28,925 nucleotides of DNA from a virus (lineage: Duplodnaviria > Caudoviricetes). Under the pieces are notes generated by a model that ran no database searches, was not told where the DNA came from, and saw only the letters and a list, made by a program, of their open reading frames with translations. This document shows positions 1 through 7,215 of the stretch, in pieces (position 1 is the stretch's first letter; each line of letters starts with the position of its first letter). The position numbers were made by a program, and so were the translations under genes. Where the stretch lies: IMG/VR virus record IMGVR_UViG_3300028587_000031, positions 1-28,925 of that record; one strand, 5' to 3'.

Positions 1-50
1 CGTCTCTATCCCCCCGAGGCGTGCGGGAGCTTTTCCGGGGAGGGTCCCCC

Positions 51-118
51 CTACAGCCCTACTCCCATAAGGGCTGCCGGGGTGCACCTCTACAGCCCTT
101 GTGCCGTAAGGGTTGTGG
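51..118. repeat. Two tandem imperfect inverted repeats, CTACAGCCCT-N9-AGGG(C/T)TG
   Basis: CTACAGCCCT at 51-60 and 90-99, each followed by TAAGGG(C/T)TG. A third, inverted copy (AGGGCTGTAG) lies at 344-353. Confidence 0.75.
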
Positions 119-213
119 GGGGGTTGGCGTGCCGACCAGGAAATACGGGTCGGCTGGCGACGTGTCCGGGTGTCCGGACACTCGGGGGGAGGTCGCGCCG
201 CGTGGCGTAGGGG

Positions 214-229
214 TGATAGACGACTATCA
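214..229. promoter_or_regulatory. 16-bp palindrome copy 1 (TGATAGACGACTATCA)
   Basis: Read directly; arms extend to GGG/CCC (211-232); non-coding. Confidence 0.85.
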
Positions 230-265
230 CCCGCAGGGTGCCGGCACACCGACCGTGCAGCCCCC

Positions 266-413
266 AGGGGGGGAAGGGGGGAAGCTTCCCCCCCACCCTC
301 GTTGCCCTCTCACGCGTGAAGTCGAGAGAACTACCAACTTATAAGGGCTGTAGGTTGCCGATGGCAAAGTCGACGAATGACCAGGGGGGGAAGCTTCCCC
401 CCCTTCCCCCCCT
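266..413. other. Putative replication origin: about 30-bp inverted repeat with G6-7-AAGCTT-C7 cores around a less GC-rich centre
   Basis: 266-294 is the reverse complement of 384-413 except for one G. It lies immediately downstream of the primase-helicase stop, with AACTACCAACTTATAAG in the middle. Confidence 0.55.
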
Positions 414-2619
414 ACGGGGCACGCTCCACACGGTCGCCGGTGACCACCACTTTGCCGTCCGCTACCGCCAGGTCGAGCGCCGGTCCGAACCGGTGTTTCG
501 TCCCGCTCGAGGAGCACATCTTGCGCAGCTGGTTCCGACCGATGCCCTCCGGTGGCACCCGGTCGACGATGCGTTGGCGCATGTCGGCGACGAGGCGGCG
601 CTCCTTCGCCGCTTCCGTGACCGCCTGACGGGTCCCTGTCGACACTGCCGTCCGTTCCGCAGCGGCGACCGCGGTGTCGGTGATCGAACGCCGGATCGTG
701 TCCGACGTGTCCATGACGAGCCCGGCCAGTCGCCAGTCCTCGGCGTCGACGACCCGGCGCCCGTCGAGCAGCGCGAGCACCGCGGCTTCCTTGATGCGGT
801 TCCCGGGACGGTGTGCGTCGAGCTGGGCGAGCTTGAGCCGTCCGGTCTGGACTGCCGCATCGGTCGTGACGACCTCCTCCTGCACTTCGGGGACGAGCGT
901 CATGCGGTGGGGTGCGCCGGTGATCGCCGCGGGTGGTGGCGGGAGGACCGGCAGGACCGCAGGTCCCGGGGTGATCGTCGGGTCGATGGCCGAGAAGAAC
1001 ACGAACCGTTGGGGTGTGCCCGTGTCGGCGTCCGCGAGGAGCTGGACGGCGACCTCGGTTTGGAGGCCGACGAGCAGCACGAGACGGTACGAGTGTGCGG
1101 CCATGACCCGCTTCGTCAACGCCGAGGCGTTCGACTGGCCGAGCGCCTGCCCGCTGTACGCCTTCCGCAACTCGGGGAGGACCATCGCCCCGGTGCGTGA
1201 CGACAGCTTCGACAGTGCCTCGCCTTCGTCGAGGTCGAACAGCGCGCCGTCCTTCGTTTTCACCTTGATGAGCGGTGCTTTCCCGCTGCCGGTGTAGTTC
1301 GGGTCGGGCTGCAACTCGAAGAACGCCTCGGAGAGCCCTTCTCCGGAGCCGAGCGGCCCGATGTAGACCGTGTCGTAGGTGATCGGCACGAGCTCGCTGC
1401 CGACCTCGACGCTCGACGACTTCCCGCCACCCGACGGGGCGATGATCGCGATGAGGGCATTCAACGAGAGCGGGGTGCCGACCCCGGTTTCGACCCGCAG
1501 CGTGGACGGCACGGTCGCCGTGAACCGGGCACGGACGGCGGCGTAGACCGCGTCGGCGGAGCGTCCTCGGGAGTGGGCGTGCGCGCGGATCGCGGCGAGG
1601 AGCGGGCGTTGCCAGAACTCGGTCGGGAGGTTCGACGGATAGCCGTCTATCACCGCGGCGCCGGCAGCGGTCGCGCCGATCATGGGGATGCCAGCGATGT
1701 CGGCGTGCATCTTGTGGAACTCAGCGTCGGGCCGGTCGATGACCTTGCCGATCGCGTGCCGGACCATCGCCTCGAACTCGGTGGCTCCCACGTCCGTCAG
1801 GAGCGCCCTCTGCGGCTCTCCGGCGAGCGCCTGCGCCCACACCGCCCCGAGCTGCTCGACGGCCCACACGCCGTCACACAGCCCCGCACGGACGCATTCC
1901 ATCGCCCACGTCAGGCAGTGCTGCATCGTGTCGTGACGGGAGAACCCGGCAGCGGTCCGTTCCGCGAACCTGCCGACGATCTTCTCGGTGAAATAGCCAG
2001 GGGCGTCCGCCTGGGTGTGTTCGAGCAGGAAATCGTGACGTGCCGCCCCGGTGACCGCACGGGTCACGTCGCCAGCGGCGCTCGATGCCCGTGACAGCTC
2101 CTCGATCCACGGCCACGGCAACTCGGTCAGCTCGTCGACCCGCGGGACGCCACACGGCAACTCAGGCTCCGATTCGTGCAGCCAGTAGTACGGGCGTCCC
2201 TCCGGATGCAGCGACGGCCACACGACCCCGTACCGGTGGTGTGGCTGGACGATTTCGATGCCAGGCAGTCCCGGCACCCACGCCATCCCGACTGGCACCC
2301 GGAAGAACCGGATACCGGACCCGTCTCCTCTCGACGAGTGCGTCACGTACGTGTGCGGCAACGGCGACAACTTGAACGTCAGATTGCCGAGCGTCTCGAG
2401 CCCGCCCTTGTAGGCGTCCACGTCGATGCCGATGACATCCTCGGGGACACGCACACCGATGTTGCCGTCCCACGGCAACGCGTCGATTTCCTCGCCGGTC
2501 AGGTTCACCCCATCGGCACCCGTCAGCCCTCCCGGCGGCGGGGACTTCTCGCCTGCCGGGAGCGGAATCGGGTGCCAGCCCGCGTCGAGGTACTTGCGGG
2601 CCGTAGCGCGGTAGTCCAT
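412..2619 (-). CDS. Bifunctional DNA primase/polymerase (Prim-Pol) fused to a P-loop helicase-like domain
   Basis: N-terminal YLDAGWHPIPL..GEKSP, NIGVRV and IGIDVD Prim-Pol motifs; C-terminal Walker A APSGGGKSS and Walker B-like LFDLDEGE; GGAG RBS. Confidence 0.85.
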   Translation of the reverse strand: MDYRATARKYLDAGWHPIPLPAGEKSPPPGGLTGADGVNLTGEEIDALPWDGNIGVRVPEDVIGIDVDAYKGGLETLGNLTFKLSPLPHTYVTHSSRGDGSGIRFFRVPVGMAWVPGLPGIEIVQPHHRYGVVWPSLHPEGRPYYWLHESEPELPCGVPRVDELTELPWPWIEELSRASSAAGDVTRAVTGAARHDFLLEHTQADAPGYFTEKIVGRFAERTAAGFSRHDTMQHCLTWAMECVRAGLCDGVWAVEQLGAVWAQALAGEPQRALLTDVGATEFEAMVRHAIGKVIDRPDAEFHKMHADIAGIPMIGATAAGAAVIDGYPSNLPTEFWQRPLLAAIRAHAHSRGRSADAVYAAVRARFTATVPSTLRVETGVGTPLSLNALIAIIAPSGGGKSSSVEVGSELVPITYDTVYIGPLGSGEGLSEAFFELQPDPNYTGSGKAPLIKVKTKDGALFDLDEGEALSKLSSRTGAMVLPELRKAYSGQALGQSNASALTKRVMAAHSYRLVLLVGLQTEVAVQLLADADTGTPQRFVFFSAIDPTITPGPAVLPVLPPPPAAITGAPHRMTLVPEVQEEVVTTDAAVQTGRLKLAQLDAHRPGNRIKEAAVLALLDGRRVVDAEDWRLAGLVMDTSDTIRRSITDTAVAAAERTAVSTGTRQAVTEAAKERRLVADMRQRIVDRVPPEGIGRNQLRKMCSSSGTKHRFGPALDLAVADGKVVVTGDRVERAP
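1637..1652. promoter_or_regulatory. Palindrome copy 2 (GGATAGCCGTCTATCA), inside the primase gene
   Basis: Encodes V-I-D-G-Y-P with a rare ATA codon, in an apparent inter-domain linker. Confidence 0.75.
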
Positions 2620-2654
2620 ACGTCACTCCGAACGTGAGGACGACGACGCCCGGT

Positions 2655-2670
2655 TGATAGTCGCCTATCA
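2655..2670. promoter_or_regulatory. Palindrome copy 3 (TGATAGTCGCCTATCA), extended to 15-bp arms (2646-2679)
   Basis: ACGCCCGGTTGATAG-TCGC-CTATCAACCGGGCGT, between the SSB-like and primase genes; may also act as a terminator hairpin. Confidence 0.85.
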
Positions 2671-2694
2671 ACCGGGCGTGCCGTGAGTCGTGGA

Positions 2695-3150
2695 CTAGCT
2701 GGCGAACAGGTCGTCGACCGCCACACTCGGAGCTGCGGGCGGCTGGTACTGCGCCGTGTAGAGCTTCGGCGCGTTCAATCCCGCTTTCGCCTCACCGAAC
2801 CCGGTGTGTGCGACCGCCAGCCGACCCCCAACCTCAAGGGCGTTGGCTCCCGCTTCGAGGACCGCGGTGCCGATCGCGTTGAGCATCGACTCGCCGGACC
2901 CCCGGTCCGGCTTGTGGTTCCCGCCACGCGCGTACAACGAGACGCTGTCGCCCTCCGGGGTGCCGATCGTGATGACCCACTGCATACGCGGGTCGCCACT
3001 CTCGAAGAACAGCGGCTTGCCGGTACTGAAATCGGTCTGCTGGCGCTCGTCCATCGACTCGATCACACCGGCGTACTTGTCGCCGACCTTCTCGAACTTC
3101 GCGGCAGGACTGCCACCCTGCAAACTCGACAACGGGATGCTGTTACTCAT
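2695..3150 (-). CDS. Single-stranded DNA-binding-like protein (actinophage type)
   Basis: Beta-rich core (KFEKVGD..G.I..M..RQQTDF.TGKP), acidic C-terminus VDDLFAS, position between exonuclease and primase, AGGAG RBS. Confidence 0.55.
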   Translation of the reverse strand: MSNSIPLSSLQGGSPAAKFEKVGDKYAGVIESMDERQQTDFSTGKPLFFESGDPRMQWVITIGTPEGDSVSLYARGGNHKPDRGSGESMLNAIGTAVLEAGANALEVGGRLAVAHTGFGEAKAGLNAPKLYTAQYQPPAAPSVAVDDLFAS

Positions 3151-3152
3151 GG

Positions 3153-4388
3153 TCAGTGCTCCTGTGCTGGTTGGTGGATCAACGTTGGGGTGGGCTTGCG
3201 GTCAGGGAAGCCGAGGCCGCAGGCCCGTTCGACACCATCAAGCACCAGCTCGATGGTGACGAGCTCGAGCGTCGAGTGTGCGCTGGACGCACGCAACGAC
3301 GCGATGTGGGGAGGCCAGTGGTCACGCAGCATGGTGCGCGCTGCGGGGTCTTGACCAATGACCTCGATACGTCCTTGCAGCCAGTCACGTACCGACTGCT
3401 GTGATCCTTGTTCGACGACGGACGCGAGGAGGTCCCCGGTCATGTCCGCGTTCGGCGGGCCGTCCTGTGCCGACGGGACGGCTGGCTCGGGGAGGTCGAC
3501 GCTGTACTCCGACAGTGGCGTTGCCAGGTCCTTCCGGTTCCGCCACTCGCGGCACCAGACCGACGCGTCGAACGCTGTCCATCCGGCGTCGAGGTCGACG
3601 ATGAACAACTCCAACTTGGCGCTCCCCGCGGGCAACCACATGACGAGGCCATGACGCTTGTCGACATCGGGGAACGGCCTGCGTGTGTCCTGCGTGCCGT
3701 CCTTGTTCGCACCCTGGGTGTAGATGTCGTCGGCACGTGAGTACGCGGCGAGCTGCACCGCGATCGACTGCCACGAGTAGGACAGGTCCGCGCCGGTCTT
3801 GAGGTCAGCGACGAGCGGCAGGTCGAACCCGGGGACGTGCACGATCCGGTCGAACGTCCCCGCGACCTGCCATTCGTCGAGCACGACCGTGACCTCGACG
3901 ACATCGTCGTCGATGTCGATGCCGGACAGTGCGAGGCCCGTCGAGTAGGCACGCAGGTCGGCTTCGGTTTCGGCAGTCAGATGCTTCGGGGTCTGGCCGG
4001 TGTCGACGAGCGCGGTGATCGCATGGAGTGCCGACCCGATTTCACGTCGGTCGTTCGCACCCCCCGCGGCGGCGCTCTCCTCGACGAGACGTTTCGCTTC
4101 CGTCTTGTGCTGCTCACCCCCGTACCACGGGTCACCGTTCGACTGTGCGAGGAGCTGCTCCCACTGCGCGCGCAGACCTCGTCGCATGATGACGCCCGAC
4201 GCGGTCATTGCCGCTTTCCACGGAGCCAGCCCCCCACCAGAATCAAGGGTTTTGGCGATCGTCGTGACTCGCGTGTAGCCGACGGGCTTGCCACCCCCGG
4301 GTGGGACGATCAGGTACCGGCCCCACTGGTCGCGCCGGACAGTGTCGGCGGCGGAAGCGAGGTTGTCGATCGGAATGCTGCTGGTCAT
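3153..4388 (-). CDS. PD-(D/E)XK exonuclease (Cas4/RecB-like)
   Basis: RD.WGRY, YTRVTT, GSALH, VAGTFDRI, ADLKTG and QLAAY motifs; start moved to ATG 4388 (ATGA overlap). Confidence 0.8.
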   Translation of the reverse strand: MTSSIPIDNLASAADTVRRDQWGRYLIVPPGGGKPVGYTRVTTIAKTLDSGGGLAPWKAAMTASGVIMRRGLRAQWEQLLAQSNGDPWYGGEQHKTEAKRLVEESAAAGGANDRREIGSALHAITALVDTGQTPKHLTAETEADLRAYSTGLALSGIDIDDDVVEVTVVLDEWQVAGTFDRIVHVPGFDLPLVADLKTGADLSYSWQSIAVQLAAYSRADDIYTQGANKDGTQDTRRPFPDVDKRHGLVMWLPAGSAKLELFIVDLDAGWTAFDASVWCREWRNRKDLATPLSEYSVDLPEPAVPSAQDGPPNADMTGDLLASVVEQGSQQSVRDWLQGRIEVIGQDPAARTMLRDHWPPHIASLRASSAHSTLELVTIELVLDGVERACGLGFPDRKPTPTLIHQPAQEH

Positions 4389-4618
4389 GTGAACAGTCCC
4401 CCTTGCGTGATCGTCGGGCGGTCCTCCTCGGTGACCGCGACGTGCAGGCCACCACGGTCGTGCAGTGCACCGAGTGCGGATACGCACTCAATGCAGACGA
4501 GCCGGGTCGTGAACGACACCGGTCGTGTCTTGCAGTCCATGCGCCGGTACTCAAGCCGTTCGGAGAACTGCTCGTAACTGTTGGGGACCTCGCGCTCGCA
4601 GCGCGTGCAGACGAACAT
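4385..4618 (-). CDS. Small Cys-rich (CxxC...CxxC) protein, 77 aa
   Basis: MFVCTRCE...VCIEC; translationally coupled at both ends (TGATG and ATGA). Confidence 0.6.
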   Translation of the reverse strand: MFVCTRCEREVPNSYEQFSERLEYRRMDCKTRPVSFTTRLVCIECVSALGALHDRGGLHVAVTEEDRPTITQGGLFT

Positions 4619-5007
4619 CAGCCCATCTCCGGGTGCTTGCTCTTGACGTGACGTTCGACGTTCGCGAAGTGCCGGTTGCACTCCGGGCACACACCGTTCC
4701 GCGCCCGGTTCTTCGCCTTCGTGAGCGCACCCTTCGTCGCCCGCAGCGACGCCTCCACCTGATCCTTGTCGGCACGCAACGCGGTCAGGCGACGGTCGCG
4801 CTGCTCGAGCTGCTTGCGGAGCCGTGCGGCTTCGCCTTCCCCGGCTGGTGCGTGTTCGTGACCGAGCGGGCACCAGATCGTCGGGACGTGCTTGCCGTCG
4901 CGGTGTTGACGCAACTGGAAGTCACGCAGGTTGGTCGGCACGGCATGGTTGATGCCGCACCAGCAGGTGACGACGATGAGCTCGTCGGTGAACTGGATGG
5001 TGGTCAT
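4618..5007 (-). CDS. Zn-binding coiled-coil protein with C-terminal C2H2-like finger, 129 aa
   Basis: TCWCG, WCPLGH, coiled coil, CPECNRHF..V.RH...KH; ATGA overlap with the RusA stop. Confidence 0.7.
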   Translation of the reverse strand: MTTIQFTDELIVVTCWCGINHAVPTNLRDFQLRQHRDGKHVPTIWCPLGHEHAPAGEGEAARLRKQLEQRDRRLTALRADKDQVEASLRATKGALTKAKNRARNGVCPECNRHFANVERHVKSKHPEMG

Positions 5008-5504
5008 GTGTGCAACTCCGTGACGGTGATGAGCACGCCGGGAACTCCGGTCGTGACGTAACGCTTCGCGGCGACGATCACGGCGACCTGTGCGTCGTCG
5101 CGCCAGAGGCCGGCGTCGGTGATCGCGTCGTTGACGCAACGGACGAGCTTGTCGAGGTCAGGTGCGGTGTGCGGTACGTCAGGTGCGGAACGCTTGAGCA
5201 CCCCCGCGTTCTTGCCGGTCCCGTAGTGGGCGAGCGGTCGCGGCATGTCGAACCCGAGTCGTAGCTCGACCGGTCCGGTGAACTGCTCGCACTCGATCCC
5301 GGCGACCGCGGCCTGGACCTGTCCCCGCCACACGTAGACACCTGCCGGGTACCGGGCAGCAGCGCGACCGTTCGGGAGAGTGTGCAGCTTCATCGACCCT
5401 TGGGGTCGCGGCATCCCGCGCACGTCGATGGTGACGGAGCGCGCCGGAACGTCAAGCAACTCAAGCTGGCCCGCCACCGCGTCGTGGTACAGCTCGGTGC
5501 TCAC
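5004..5504 (-). CDS. rusA: RusA-like Holliday junction resolvase
   Basis: G.PRPQGS, F.MPRP and PDLDKLVRCVNDAITDAGLWRDDAQV catalytic motif. Confidence 0.88.
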   Translation of the reverse strand: MSTELYHDAVAGQLELLDVPARSVTIDVRGMPRPQGSMKLHTLPNGRAAARYPAGVYVWRGQVQAAVAGIECEQFTGPVELRLGFDMPRPLAHYGTGKNAGVLKRSAPDVPHTAPDLDKLVRCVNDAITDAGLWRDDAQVAVIVAAKRYVTTGVPGVLITVTELHT

Positions 5505-5629
5505 GGCTCCCGCCGGACGAGCTTCCAGGTGCTGTGGCAGATGCAGTCACACGCCTCGAACTCGCGGGTCTGCTTCGTGGTCAACGGTCCGATGACGGGG
5601 ACGTGACGGCAGCGTTCGCACGCCTTCAC
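5501..5629 (-). CDS. 42-aa Cys-rich peptide (not in ORF track)
   Basis: MKACERCRHVPVIGPLTTKQTREFEACDCICHSTWKLVRREP; GTGA overlaps at both ends. Confidence 0.6.
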   Translation of the reverse strand: MKACERCRHVPVIGPLTTKQTREFEACDCICHSTWKLVRREP

Positions 5630-5817
5630 GAAGCGGCCTCGAGCTGCTCGGTGAGACGTGCCGCCTCCGCGTCGAGCGCCGCTGCTTCCTCACGGAACTG
5701 GCGGGCCCGTTCGTCGTGCCGCTCGGCAGCTTTGCGCTTCCGTGCGGCGACCATGACGGCAGAGCGACGCATGTCGGTGAGCTGGTACGCCTTGAGTGTC
5801 TTGCGGTTGGTTGGCAT
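5626..5817 (-). CDS. Hypothetical coiled-coil protein, 63 aa; first gene of the early operon
   Basis: Leaderless ATG 8 nt after a -10 box; coupled to the next ORF. Confidence 0.65.
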   Translation of the reverse strand: MPTNRKTLKAYQLTDMRRSAVMVAARKRKAAERHDERARQFREEAAALDAEAARLTEQLEAAS

Positions 5818-5825
5818 GGACGGGC

Positions 5826-5854
5826 AACCTAGCGCGTTGCCGTGCCAACGTCAA
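5826..5854 (-). promoter_or_regulatory. SigA/HrdB-type promoter TTGACG-N17-TAGGTT for the early/replication operon
   Basis: -35 at 5849-5854, -10 at 5826-5831, exact 17-bp spacer, ATG 8 nt downstream. Confidence 0.75.
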
Positions 5855-5860
5855 GTGAGG

Positions 5861-5876
5861 TGATAGACGTCTATCA
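5861..5876. promoter_or_regulatory. Palindrome copy 4 (TGATAGACGTCTATCA, fully symmetric)
   Basis: 6 bp upstream of the -35 box; supplies the stop of ORF 5874-6008. Confidence 0.88.
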
Positions 5877-6008
5877 TCCGGGGAACGCGTACACCGCAAT
5901 CACCAGCAGCACCAGCGCAACCCACGCCAGACCGACCACTGCCATCCGCTCGAACGCCCGGTCGAGCACGTCCTTCGGCCAGTCGGCGTCCTGGTCGTAC
6001 GGCCTCAC
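5874..6008 (-). CDS. 44-aa single-TM peptide
   Basis: MRPYDQDADWPKDVLDRAFERMAVVGLAWVALVLLVIAVYAFPG; GTGA coupling. Confidence 0.55.
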   Translation of the reverse strand: MRPYDQDADWPKDVLDRAFERMAVVGLAWVALVLLVIAVYAFPG

Positions 6009-6154
6009 TGACGGAACGCCGCCTGCTCGTCGAGCCACGCCCAGCTCGCAGCTATCTCGTCGGGCCGTTCGAGACAGTCGATGTTGCACGGCTCGCCGGG
6101 ATACAGGTTCACGTCGCACGTCGCCTGGTGACGACGGTCGTCGTCGTCGGTCAC
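6005..6154 (-). CDS. 49-aa acidic His/Cys peptide
   Basis: MTDDDDRRHQATCDVNLYPGEPCNIDC...; GTGA coupling on both sides. Confidence 0.55.
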   Translation of the reverse strand: MTDDDDRRHQATCDVNLYPGEPCNIDCLERPDEIAASWAWLDEQAAFRQ

Positions 6155-6261
6155 GGGCGAGGGCGACGGTGCCACCGAGCCGTGTCGAAGTACGCGACGA
6201 CCGATGTCACTGCGATCACCGCGACGCTGATTGCCGTGATCCAAGCCTGCGTGTCGTCCAT
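6151..6261 (-). CDS. 36-aa single-TM peptide (not in ORF track)
   Basis: MDDTQAWITAISVAVIAVTSVVAYFDTARWHRRPRP; GGGGAG RBS. Confidence 0.55.
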   Translation of the reverse strand: MDDTQAWITAISVAVIAVTSVVAYFDTARWHRRPRP

Positions 6262-6283
6262 AACTCCCCCTTACGATGCTCCG

Positions 6284-6478
6284 ATGTCGAGTAGCGGAGT
6301 AAGCGTGGCAGACGACCGTGACGAGCGCCCACCCCGACCCCGGTGGGTGCTACCGGGCGCCGTCATCTGCCTGATCCCGCTCGCCATTCTCGGCGTCGCC
6401 GTCGGCGGCTGGGCGGGACTCATCCTCATCTTGATCTTCGCGTCGATCTGCATTGCGATCGCGCTCGAGGAGCGATAG
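6284..6478 (+). CDS. 64-aa two-TM membrane protein
   Basis: TACGAT -10 at 6272-6277, 6 nt before the ATG; long hydrophobic hairpin; overlaps the minus-strand ORF. Confidence 0.45.
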   Translation: MSSSGVSVADDRDERPPRPRWVLPGAVICLIPLAILGVAVGGWAGLILILIFASICIAIALEER

Positions 6479-6655
6479 GTCGAACGCACCACGACAATGC
6501 GGGCACACGATCCGACGGTCGAGTCGTTGTGCGAGTTCGCGGATGACGGTAGCGACGACATGTGAGCTGTACTGCTCGTTCACGTCGGCGACGCGTCGGG
6601 CTTCCGTGAGAAGGTCGGGGAGCGCGAGCGCGGCGCACGCTTCGGCGGGGGTCAC
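6350..6655 (-). CDS. Hypothetical protein with CPHC motif, 101 aa
   Basis: GTGA coupling to the upstream peptide; its acidic tail is the antisense of the membrane ORF. Confidence 0.5.
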   Translation of the reverse strand: MTPAEACAALALPDLLTEARRVADVNEQYSSHVVATVIRELAQRLDRRIVCPHCRGAFDLSLLERDRNADRREDQDEDESRPAADGDAENGERDQADDGAR

Positions 6656-6795
6656 CCGGCTGGGTGGCGCATCCGGGCGGCGAGACGTTCGTCGAGCTCG
6701 CGGACCCGACGACGGTCACGCAGCCAGTCCCGAGCGAGCGTGTAGAGCGGAGTGATGACGAATACGGCGAGTGCGATTGCGATGAGAAAAGTCAT
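6652..6795 (-). CDS. 47-aa N-terminal TM peptide (not in ORF track)
   Basis: MTFLIAIALAVFVITPLYTLARDWLRDRRRVRELDERLAARMRHPAG; TACCGT -10 (6803-6808) 7 nt upstream. Confidence 0.6.
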   Translation of the reverse strand: MTFLIAIALAVFVITPLYTLARDWLRDRRRVRELDERLAARMRHPAG

Positions 6796-6839
6796 GGGCC
6801 GTACGGTAGCTGGCTCACCGACCTCAGTGGTGGATGGTC

Positions 6840-6855
6840 TGATAGGCGACTATCA
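6840..6855. promoter_or_regulatory. Palindrome copy 5 (TGATAGGCGACTATCA)
   Basis: Arms extend GGTC/GACC; supplies the stop of 6853-7215; marks the late/early boundary. Confidence 0.88.
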
Positions 6856-7215
6856 GACCTCGATCGGCGGCGGTGGTTCCAGGTACTCCGGCGGGATCGG
6901 CTGATGCCAGTCCCAATCCGGCGGGTACGGGTCCGCAATCTCACCCGCCGGTTCGTCGATGGCCGACCACACAGGCGGGTCCTTCGCCGGCGTCAACCGG
7001 TACGTCGCCACATCCTCGTCGGCGACTTCCGCCATGATTTCGCGTGCGAGTCCGACGACCCACGGATCGACGTACGCCGTCGTCCACTGCGCGAACGGGT
7101 CCGGCTCGCCCGTCCCCATGTTCTCGCCGGGGAACGGGATGCCGAGGGTGGCGCACGCCGCGTCATGGAACATACGGAACTCGGCCTCGTCGGCGAACGT
7201 GCACCAGACCGTCAT
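6853..7215 (-). CDS. Hypothetical Pro/acidic protein following the tail fibre (possible fibre chaperone)
   Basis: ATGA overlap with the 901-aa gene; function inferred from position only. Confidence 0.6.
   Translation of the reverse strand: MTVWCTFADEAEFRMFHDAACATLGIPFPGENMGTGEPDPFAQWTTAYVDPWVVGLAREIMAEVADEDVATYRLTPAKDPPVWSAIDEPAGEIADPYPPDWDWHQPIPPEYLEPPPPIEV

Noticed and set aside
3153-4388. CRISPR-associated Cas4
   Set aside because: No cas genes, array or Fe-S cysteine set; the context (SSB-like, primase, RusA) fits a phage recombination exonuclease.
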